Shown here piece after piece: positions 15,201 to 27,200 of a DNA stretch of 64,000 bases (positions within the stretch are counted from its first letter, which is position 1; every line of letters begins with the position of its first letter). The position numbers were made by a program, and so were the translations under genes. The notes beneath the pieces are model-generated. The model saw nothing but the letters and a program-made list of their open reading frames with translations. It was not told the origin of the DNA and ran no database searches. This stretch comes from Callorhinchus milii. Lineage: Eukaryota. The stretch covers positions 57,412,001 through 57,476,000 of the forward strand of contig NW_024704744.1 of the NCBI RefSeq assembly GCF_018977255.1. Direction: 5' to 3'.

Positions 15201-18200
15201 GTGGATTCATTTTGTTGTTCATTTCATTAAACAGAAGCTGTACTTGCACCCTGACAGAATGCTGGGTTCCTAAATTTCTTCCATTTTATCACCAAATAAT
15301 TAGCCATTGTTATAAAGACAACTCTAAAGTTTCTCATGTAAGCATGAAATCCAAAGCCAGAAAAATGACAGCAAATGAATGTCGAATTCAAGATCTTTGT
15401 CCTTACATTTTAGACCTCCATGCGTCTTGTCCCACCCTATCTCTGCGACTCCCTCAAACCCTCCCAACTAGCTGCTCCTCTGCTCTGCAGGCACTGGCCT
15501 GCTTCATATCCCTGCCCTTCCCATCCCACTGTTGGTGGTCAGGCCTTCAGCCTATTTTCCCTCATTCTCTGGAACTCCATCCCGCAGTCCCTTTGCCTCA
15601 TCCCTACCCTCGCCTCCTTCTAGGTCTGTCTCAAGACCTTCCTGTTCGTCTTCCCACCTCCGCCCCTCACCCCCTGGGCCCTACCCCTCCTGAATCCAAC
15701 CCGCTACCTCACTGTAAACCCTCTGCTGTCCAGCACCTTGGGACATCCTCCCAAAGTAAAAGGTGCTATATAAATGTAATTTGTTGTTGTCTGTGATTTG
15801 GCTGTTCATACGGCTATCAGATACACACACAGCGCATTGCTGCTGCGTGGAAGCTGTATAATTATCAGTGCACTGAAAAAGACTCCTTCACAGTAAGATC
15901 CTGTAATTACAATATACTGAAGTTCTCTCAATTTGTTTTTCCAGTGACCTCAATTAATGAGTTTTCTTGGATTTATATTTTTAATATTAGATCAACAACG
16001 TATTGTTAAAAATGGCTGCCCATGCAATGAGACAATCTGACTGTGTTAGTGGCCAAAGGTTACAGCAGGAAATGTGTATGACAATGTATTGTTTTTATGG
16101 AGGAAGTATACAGAGTGAGAATCATCACTGAGAGTACAGAAGCTATCTAGGTTCGCCTTGGTACAGAGCTTGAATTTGTCTCATTATAAAATACTGAAGA
16201 TGAAAATAACATTCATTTAAAAAATGGGATCAATTAAGCCCAATTCCATCAACTCTGAAAGCTGCAGAGGTGTAGCCTAATATAGCATTGGGGAGGAAGT
16301 GATGCTATTCTGGAGGATTGTGAGATTATATTTGTGATTCCTGTTTTTAAGATTTTTAATTAGTATACTTTAACAAAATATAACCAAACACTTATAATCC
16401 ATTTAGTATAGCATTCCTTACTTATTAGGGCACAGACAAGGCTATGGGTTTTTAGCAACTAACTTAGGGCTCCTGAGAGGGTACATGTGCCAATTAGCGT
16501 TAGCAAAGTTAAAGATATATTGGCTTGACCCCGGCTGAGTTCAGGCTCTGATAATTTTTCCTTGCTCGGTGCCTGGGTCCCATTGTCATCCTCCCATCTA
16601 AGAATTGAGTAATCATGCCCTTGAGCACAAATGTGAAAACAAGGGGGATCAGAGAGAAAAGCTCACTCTTAGACATCTGATTAGCTCAAGACTAAGAAAC
16701 AGGAATCCTCACAATTAGCTGTCCATGTCTCTTTCTTCTTATCAATTTTTTTCCCATGCAAAAGAGCCCGCTCAAAGATCACTAGCTACCTGCAAAGGGT
16801 GGGGGCTATCTCTAAGACAAGGGAGGCGGAGTTAGAAACACATAAAAGATGTAACTTTGAAAAGTTGGAGTTATCGTAGAGGGTCAGTGCACTTCCCAGG
16901 GGAATCAATATTGATTCTACTGTATCTATGGTCTCAGTTTTAAGAATAAAGTTAAGCTATTTGGATTACTTAAAAAACCTTGGATTATTACACAACCATA
17001 TTGGTCGTCTCCATCCTAATCTCTTACAGTGTGTATAGAATCTTCCCACAAAAGAGATTGAGAAGGTCTTAAGAAGGATGTCTCCACAATTCTGACCTTT
17101 GGAAAATGGGCATTATCTTAGTTGTATATATAGGAAGAATAAATACAATGAGCTAATCTCACATCACGCCTGCCTTAAGGACGGAACTGTTGATATTTTC
17201 TGAAATATTCAGCTCTTGAATAAAAGTTCTTGGATCTTTATGCTTTTCAGGGAGGGAAAAACCCAAATTACCTTAATTGTTGATACAAAGGCAGCAGTGA
17301 GGTATGAGCAAAGGCGAGGTGGCAACGTTAATTTACTAAAGTCTTTGTCATCCCGCAGAACTACAGCTATAGCCTGTTGACATAGCAATTGCAAGCTGGC
17401 GATCCTGTGCTCCACTCGAACAACATATAATGCAGTTCCAGAGGCAAGAAACAGACGCGAGTCACGATGGCCCCAGCAAATAGCTGTAATGTGACGCTGT
17501 GAAGATATAAACATACATTATTGTGGCACCACTTTACATATTCAATAGAACTTATAAAATATAGTTATTACTTCATTCAGAAGTGCATGGCACACAAGTT
17601 AGTCCAAAGGACGAAATAAAATCGTCTTCATTGAGAATGAAGAAATATTCAAGTACGAATCCCATTCCTGACAGCTGAAACTAAATTAATTAATTTAGAC
17701 CATTTGACCCCCTTTTCTGCTTAAAGCAAACATATCATTTACTATCAGAAGCTGCAAAGACAAACCACAAGTTACCATACTTCCCTTGACAAAATCTCAT
17801 GAGAAAGAGGCAAAACATGTATAAAGTAGTGCATTAAACACCAATTTTCTGCAAAATGACGATAGAGTTCTTTAAATCAGTTTTATTACCATATTCATAA
17901 CACAATGACTGCTAAACACTGATACACTTTCCTACCTGCGTAGGACTTTCCAGTCTGTAAATGTGCTCCCCATGAATATTGTAGAATTTAACAACACCAT
18001 TCCTCATTATAGGAACATTTCCTGGTTCACAAGATTGAGTCTGTCTTTCCATGCCTGCTACTGCTAACAAATCCCCCTGGGTGCTCCACTGTACGACCAC
18101 ATCTTAACATAAGGCACAAACAACACGTCAGAGCAGGTAATCAGCCATCATGAAACAAGAATAAAATGTTTATGTAGAAATATTCTTACATTACCGTTTG

Positions 18201-21200
18201 AAAATTTAGAATATTTCTAGAAAAAGGTATAAAGTTAAAGTCTTATGCAGACTTTAATGATGATTATTTAGACCTAATGCAAATACATTTACTATAAATA
18301 ATTGGCCTGAAAACTGCACATGTGAATGCACATTACAATATATGGAAACAATTAATTTTTAACCATATATAATGGATATGGTTAACTTTGGATTTGATTT
18401 TGCTTCACAGCCACAGTAAAAAAGTGCACATTGTAAATTTAAAAAAGAAAAAATGTTGTATACATTGAGTGCATTACAAGTGAGACGTTTTGTTAAACAA
18501 CTACATTTAAGATGAAGCAAAATAGAAACATTTTTAGGATTTTTTTCATGAATCAAACAATAAACATTCATTATGATTTCTGCTTAAAATACATCAGCTA
18601 TTAACTGGAAAGTAACAAATTGTAGTTAAACATGCCAATGGTAGGTAATCGACATATTGCAGTAAGTATTGAAAATTGCCATTAAATCATTCTAGGCCTG
18701 AGGAAACAAAATACATGAATCACTCAATAATTAGGTAAGTTCTGCTGTTAACAAGCTTCAACAATAAGGTACAGTATTTCCACTCACTACTGAACTTCAT
18801 ATAATACAATATTACAATCTGAAAGCACTGTTAAAGAGGTATACTCCTACCACCCGCTGTGTGAAGAAATGTTTCCTTATTTCACTTTTAAACAACTTTA
18901 GCCTCAAGTTTAAGACAATGGCCTATAGTCCTCAATTCTCTTGCCAGAGGAACCAGTTGCTCACTATTCAGTATTTCAAATTCCCTTTATAGATTATTAT
19001 GTTACTATCAATTAAAATATTTTACCATTGTTTAGAGAATGTTGAACAAGATTTAAATCACATCATGTTTTAGGACTATTTTAATATACTTACATGATGT
19101 ATATATAGCATGGATACAAAATTGGCTGGGAGACAGAAAGCAGAGGGTATTGGTGAATGGCTGTTTTTCAGACTGAAGGGGTCGGTATTAGGTCCACTGC
19201 TCTATTTGATATACATAAATGGCTTGGACTTGGGTATAGAGAACAAAATTTTAGATGCAGGTGGCACAAAACTTAGGAAAGTAGTAAACAGTGAGCAGGA
19301 TGGTAGCAGACTGCAGGAGGACATAGACAGACTGGTCAAATGGGCAGACACATGGCAGATGAAGTTTAATGCAGAGAAGTGTGAGGTGTTGCATTTTGGG
19401 AGAAAGAATGAGAGGTAATATATACTAAATGGTACAGTTTTAAAGGGGGGTTCAGGAGTTCTGGGGGTTCACATATACAGGTCTTTGAAGATGGCAGGAC
19501 AGTTTGATAGAGCTGTTATAAAAGCATATGGGATCCTTGGCTTTATAAATAGAGGCATAGAGTACAAAAGGAAGGAAGTTCTGCTAAACCTTGATAAGTC
19601 CCTGGTTAGGCCTCAACTGGGGTATTGTGCTGAATTCTGGGCACCATACTTTAGGAAGAATATTAAGGCCTTGGAGAGGGTGCAGATGAGAATGACTAGA
19701 ATGGTACCATGAATGAGGGACTTTAGTTATGTGGAGAGACTGGAGAAGCTGGGATTGTTCTTCTGAGAGCAGAGAAGGTTAAGGGGAGATTTAATAGAGG
19801 TGTTCAAAATTATGAGGGGTTTTGATTGAATAGATAGGGAGAAACTGTTTCCACTGGCAGGTGGGTGGGTAACCAGGGACAACGATTCAAGATAATTGGC
19901 AAAGAACCAGAAGTGTAAATGAGGAGAAATTGTTTTTTTGTTTTACACAAAGAGTTGTTACGGTCTGGAATGCATTGCCTGAAAGGTTGGTGGAAACAAG
20001 CTCAATAACAACTTTCAAAAGTGGATTGGATAGGTATTTGAAAAGGAAAACATTGCAAGGATATGGGGAAAGCAGGGGAGTGGAACTGATTGGGTAGCTC
20101 TTCCAAAGAGCCAGCACAGGCACGATGTGCTGAATGGGCTACTTCTGTGCTTTAATTTTCTATGATTCTATGTTTCAAAAGGACATTATGTCACAAAAAT
20201 AGTTTGGAATGGAAAAATATAATAATAATCCTTGCAACTGATCACAGTGCCTTTCAGTTCAATGGGCATAGTTTCTTTTCAAATTGTGCCATCATTTCTT
20301 TAAGTTCACCTGAACAGGTAACAACAAGACTTTGGTTCAATGTCTCATCAAAGCACAGTGCAGCACTCCCCCCTGCACAGCATTGGAGTTTCAGCCTATA
20401 CTATGTCACATCAAAGACTTGACGTGGGCTTGAACCCACAGCCATCCGACTCAGACGAGAGCACTACCAACTGCATGCATGATTATCACAAGTGTTACGT
20501 TGTTCCTCAAAGCGATTTTTAGCATTTCATGGAGGTGATACCACTAAGAGGATTATGCCAGTTGCCTTATCTAATTTTACTAAAACTGAAGTGCTCACCT
20601 TTTAAACCTGAGTGGATAACAGTGGGCAACAAGTCATCATAGTTGTTCATCATACTGATATCCCCAGATGTGAAGCTGACAGTTAGGAGTGGTTTTCTGT
20701 TTTGAATTGGCAATGTGTATACTGTTGGACCATCTGGAACAAAATAAGCACCAAACACACATCAATTTTAATTTAAAATAGATTTTTAGGCTGGTTTCCA
20801 AATTTCATGTTCAACTACTCCAAATGGCATTGATCAAAAACCTGATTAAACCAGTAGAATGATTTCAAACATTTTAAAAGTATGAAATAAAATTTACACT
20901 GAGGAGGAAGATCAATTTGTAGATTGCTTATTGTCCTATTATTTCCTATGTGTTGTGAAATGATAATAATCCTTACATTTGATGTAGCACCTTATCACAT
21001 CTTCTCGACGTCTCAAAGTGCTTCACAGAATATACTGTTAAGTGAATTGACTGTATGCTTTGGGGGCAAACCACGGCAGCCAATTACACACAGCAGTGTT
21101 CCACAAATAGCCGTGGATTAAATTACCAAATTATTATTATTATTATTATCAAAGGGTTTATTACCCCCGGAAAAGCGATCTGCCAATTGTCTAACAACCG

Positions 21201-24200
21201 GGTTCCTACTTACAGCTAGGTAAACAGAGGAGTGTGGAGTAAGGAAACTTGCCTAACGTTTCGCCCTGCCTTGGAATCGAACCCAGGTCATCTCGCTTGT
21301 GAGGTGAGTTCTCTCACCACAAAGCTACAGGACTCCATGCATTGAACGTGGGTAACAGCAAAAATAATGACACAATGTCCAGGGTCAACCAATCTTTCTG
21401 GTATCCTTTGTGTAAAATATTCCTGTTGTCTGTTCTAAAATTGTCCTTCAAAACTCGGTGCCCTCTTCTCTTGCTGCCTTTGCATATCTGAAAATAGTGT
21501 TCAGGGTTTAATTTGCCTCTCATTTAACATTTATTTACCCCAATAAAAGTTTCACTCCCAAGATCTCTTTTCAAGGCTGATGAATGAGCCAAAGGATATA
21601 TATTGTTACTTTTGCAGGCAAACATGGCAGTTATTTTACAAACAGCAATATGCCCCAAAAAACTTAAACAATACCATCCACCATAACATGGGATTTGAAC
21701 CCTTTCTCAACCAGAGATTACTGTACCACCAACTCCGTCAGATGGAGACCTGTACTAATCAGGAAGCATGGGTAACTCTTTGATATCCCCCTCACAATAT
21801 CCACATAAATTGGAACTGGCCGAATTATGGATATGAAAACAGTGCAGATAAAGTCAATGTGGGTTTACACATATGTGCGCTGTGTGTGTCTCTCTCTCTA
21901 TGACTGTGTATTTGTGTCTCCTTAATCCTGTACTGAATTGGAATGGATCTCCCTACCTTCAAATTTCAGTTTTGCTCAGATAAATCACCAATTTGGTAAC
22001 CTTGTATGCAACTAAATCTTTTGCCAACATCGCAGCTTATCCACATTGAGCCAGATGAAGATAAATGGCCATGTAGATAACCAGGATGCAATGTGCAATT
22101 CTATAGTATCTAATGTTTTTCTTACAATTTAACACGGTACAGATTCAAGGTACAGAACAAAAAGTTCCATTTATTCCTATACAACAGGCACAACTATAAA
22201 TATAGGAATACAGCAATCCGGCAAATGTTCAGTGTTGACAGAAAATATAGCAACTGTGAACAGCTGTCAGATTACGAATGTCATTTTCTATACATGTATG
22301 AATACCTTGTGGCGGAGAATAGTCATCTGAGTCAGTATCACTCTCACTGCTGTCTTCCACCAGAAAACTTGGATAGTTCCAAGACATTCCCAGGATACCA
22401 TCAGATTCATGAAGTAACACGTGAGCCAACATACGTCCATGGCAATCCATCACTATCACTTGGCCATCAGCTGTACCAAAAAGTACCTGCAAAAGAAATA
22501 AATAGTAACTAAGGTAAGAAAATGAAAGTACATACTGGAAGTTTTATTACAAAGCAAGTTTGAGATAATCGGTTTGGAACAAAACCACATCATTGCAGGT
22601 AGGTGCTGGGAGTGAGCCAGGCACAACCCCACAAACTAAGCAGGATTAGAGGGAAAAGATCATAGACATGTTACCTCCAGATACTATCATAGCAGATTCA
22701 GAACAGCACAAGAATGTGAAAGAAAGTAATTCCACATCTTTTTTAACCGTGGATGTGTGTGCGACCCAAGTCAAGCGAGGGGAAAACATTTGAAAGAAAA
22801 GTATTCAATTGGACCTCAATTCATTTGACATTTGTGAGAGGAGTTGATTTTATGCAAGGGTTTAAGTTAAACAATGAACCCAGACTTTCCCAATTACCTG
22901 ACTTTCCCCTCTCAGCTGTAATCAATCCACTCCTACCTTTCCCTGGAGATGTCCCTCCCATCTGGGTGTCAAACAAAATAGCCTTGGCCAAAAAACACCA
23001 ATGATTGATTTTATTCTCCCCTGTCTGTACCCAGGGCTGTCAATGTGTCCCTGTCCTCATTGACCCCTCTAAAGCCTTCAATCCCTCCATTCCTCTCTAC
23101 CATCTTTCCTCCCTGGTCCACCACTTGCAGCTCCGCATTTTCAAGGTTCCATTCTTGTCTATCCCAACTGTTTCACTATATCTCTTCTAACAGCTTCTCC
23201 TCCTGCCTCCACATGGCTACTTGCTGATGCTCTACACAGATTCAATGCATATCCACTCCACAATTCAGCAAACAAATGGCATCCGTGGAGTAAAGTATTT
23301 GGTTTCATCATAAAAGTTGCAAACAGCCATCATGTATAAAAATTACATTTGGTATAACATGAGCTAAACTGAGCTCCTGCGGTGAATTCTTCGGAAGTAT
23401 TGTACTATTCAAATTAACATTTTAATTTTAAACATAACTACATGTTCAGGAAATATATGTCTATAGATTTAATCTGGGTTGTTTCACAAAATGAGTCTCT
23501 CAATAGCACTAATCAACCCTCCAAAATGTTCCGCAAAATTTGTCAAATGTCCTGTAATTTTTGGCAAATATTTCTGCGCTTTTCTATTGGCCCAGGTTAT
23601 AAGCAAAAATAGCAGACTATCACACACAGCAATGTCCCACAAACAGCCATAAAGCGAATGACAAATTTTATCTGAGAGAATTGTTGGACAGGGCAGCAGG
23701 AGAAAATCCCTTCTTTTTTCCAATAGTATCATAGGATCTTTAATATCCACCTGAACAGGCAGACCGGATTTTGGTTTAATGTCTCATCCGAAGGACAATG
23801 CAGGACACCCAGAGAACTGCACTGGTGTCAGCCTGGGTTGCAAGTTCATAGTGGTACTCAAACTCTACCAGAAAATATCCAGGAACACAGTATGGGGAAC
23901 AGCACACTTTCACAATTATACTACTCCAAAACATGATGAATGTTTATGATGTATTACAATGTGCTACGAGAACTGTAGCTGAGACCATTCTTTAAAGTTG
24001 TTTTTAAAACGAATGAATTTCAAATATATAATAAAGTGACACAGCTCATATGGTAATTTTTTAAATTTTAATTCCCTCAAAGTCAAAATATCCCATGAAG
24101 TAATTTTTTGGTTCTCTTGTTGACAGGCAATATTAGACATTAACAGATAATAATAATAATAATCCTTGCATTTGATATAGTGCTTTTCACATCTTCTAAA

Positions 24201-27200
24201 CGTTTTAAAAGCGCTTCACAGAATATACTGTAAAATGAATTGACTGTATATTTGTGGGAAAAACGCAGCAGCGCACAGCAGTGTCCCACAAACAGTTGTG
24301 GATTGAGTGACCAAATTATTATTGTATTTTTTTCTTGAGTGATTATTATATCAGGAAAAGCCATCCGCCAATCGAATAACAACCAGGTTCATACTTACTG
24401 CTAGGTAAACAGGCGTGGAGTAAGGAAACTTGCCTAACATTTTGCCCTGCCGGGAATAGAACCCAGGTCTCTCACTTGCAAGGCGAGTGCTCTAACCACT
24501 GAGCTACAGGACCATAGATGATATAATAGTACCTGTTGATCATCAGGTGTCCATATTCCACAGGTGATCTGGCTGTCCAAGTTAATCTCAGAGGACCAGT
24601 GTCGCTGTCCACTGACGGATCCAACCAACACAAATCCATCTCGATAAGATATGAGTGCTTGCGTTCCATCATGGCTCCAGGTAAAGTCACTTACCTAAAT
24701 GAAAAAATATAAAAATTTCCAGTTAGAATATTATTTCCTTAAGTATTTTGTTGCCAAATCCGAATTTTATTTGCACAATTATGGTTTGACCTGCTCCCTC
24801 AATCCCATCCCTACCCCTCTCCTTGCCTCCCAGTCCACCTCCTTACCCCTCTACTCAGACATCATAAACCTCTCCCAGTCCACTGGCACCATTCCCACCC
24901 CTTTAAAAACGGCTGTCATCACTTCTATCCTTATAAAACCCTCCCTGGACCCATCCCTGTTTTCAAATTACTGCACCATCTCTACGATCCGTTTCCTTTC
25001 CAAGGTCCCAGAACGAGTCATTGCTTCCCAGCTTCACTCCTTCCTCTCCTGCCACTCTCTTCATGAACCCCTCCAATCGGGTTTCCGTGCCGCCACAGCA
25101 CAGAAACAGCTTTGGGCAGTGACAAATTATTTTGTCCATCTGCAACCAGGGCTCCCTTTGCTGCCTCGTTCTCCTTGATCTCTCTGCTGCCTTCAATACC
25201 ATTAACCACTCTATCCTCCTCCACTGCCTCACCTCAACCTTCATGGTTCTGTCCTTAAATGGTTCGGATTGTACCCCTCACACCGCCTCCACTTCATCCC
25301 CACTAAGGGTTTCTCCGTCTCATGCGCCGTTCCTCAGGGCTCTGTCCTTGGTCCTCTCCTCTTCAGTTGAACATCAACACGACTGAGGCTTTCCTGATTG
25401 GCTCCTCCACTCCTCAGGCACTGGCAGCATCATATTCCAAGAACGCACACTCCACCTCACTGAGCCAGTCTTGAACCTTGGCATCTTGTTTGACCTTCAA
25501 TTATCCTTTCTACATCACATCCGTGTCATGACCTGGCACCGCCACGTCACACCGCAGGCCGCCGAAAATCTCATACATGCATTCATAACATCCAGGCTCA
25601 ATTATGCGAAATCCCTGCTTGTCGGCCTGTCCAACTCCTCCCTCCATAAGCTGCGGATCACCCAGAACTCTACAGCCTGTGTCCTCTCCCTCACCAGGTT
25701 CCATGACCCTGTCACCCCCATCCTTGCTCGACTCTACTGGACTCCACTCAAATGTAATTTTGTTGTTGTTGAGTCAACTCCATAAAATTGCATTATTTCC
25801 TGCACAAATTCAAGAATCCCAATAAACATATCGTCTGACACAATAATCTGTCAGATGATATATATATTTGACCAGCCTTCTTCAAAAGAACATTTTTGAA
25901 GAAAGCTGATTTTTGATATGTGTCGCTTTCGAAATTACAACCAACACAAGCCACTCATTTTGAATTTTGTTATTTTGATTAAATTTTAAAAATTACCTGG
26001 GCTCCACGATCATTCACCAGCTCAACAGACCATCTGCCTTCATACTGGATCCACACAAAGATTCCTCCATCTGCATCACATGTCGCTAGTTTTTGAAAGG
26101 GTTCATTCCATCGTACAAGTACTACCTGAAAACAAGACGGTAACAGTAAAAATGACAGGGGAAAATGACAGTTTGCAATAATCAGAACTGAATCTGAAAT
26201 AAAAAATTAGCAAAAAGCTTTAGAGATTTTAAATTATTGTATCGGGTACTAGGACCGCAGGGCAAAAACGCTCAAGGTGTGGAGCCTGTACCTTCTTCAG
26301 GAGTGATGACATTCCATGTCTCTTGCGTTCTGGGCTAAGAAAGTTGTGGAAACCCTGGCTGACTCAGGGCCAGGAAGCATGAGGCGGAGGCCATGTGGCT
26401 GGCCCGAGGTTGGTTAACAGTAAGAGCAGACTAAGAGGGGCATTACAAGTGCATAGGTTTGTAAGAGGGGTGGCAGGCACCAACTGTGAGCCCTGCTGGG
26501 TTTTGTTCTAGGTCTTCTCCCCCCCAACCCAACTGTCATGCTTTTTTAAGGCAGATTTACAGGAAGGTCCTCATCTGAATCAGTCCCAATTGTACTCTTC
26601 AACATCTAAGTCAACATAACACTCCATACAACAGCTTGTATTTATACAACACCTTTTGCATTCAAAGCGCTTTACAGAGGAGTGTAACTCCTGACTAGGA
26701 TGCGAAATGGAGGTGACTGAAGTTGAAAGTTTCGTTAAGAAAGATTTTGAAAGCCGAGAGATTTGATTTGGTCAGATGGGTGTCGGACACAGTCTTGTGA
26801 CAGTCAACTGCTCCTCCAGTCAACCGCTCCTCCCAGTACATATGAACATGTACTCATATGTCCAAAGCTTGGTTCTCAGCATGACTGGAATGTGGAGAGG
26901 TAAACAGAGTTACACAAGCTCCGTACCTCCAATATGTAGAACTGTCACTCAGTGGGTAGGGAAGTGTGCGGCAGGAGGATGGTGATCGTCACACATTTCA
27001 TTTGCTGAGCTGTGCTGCTCACCAGGAATTTCAGAGATCTCCTGGTACCTCCTATCCACCTAGTGAGGGCTCAACGTGAGCAGATATTTACCCACTCAAT
27101 TGGAACTCTTTCATTCTGGTTTGGACATTCAAGCATGGTGATGGGTTTCTGTATGTGTCAGACACCTGGGCTGACCAAACAAGTTAATCTAGGGGAGTGG

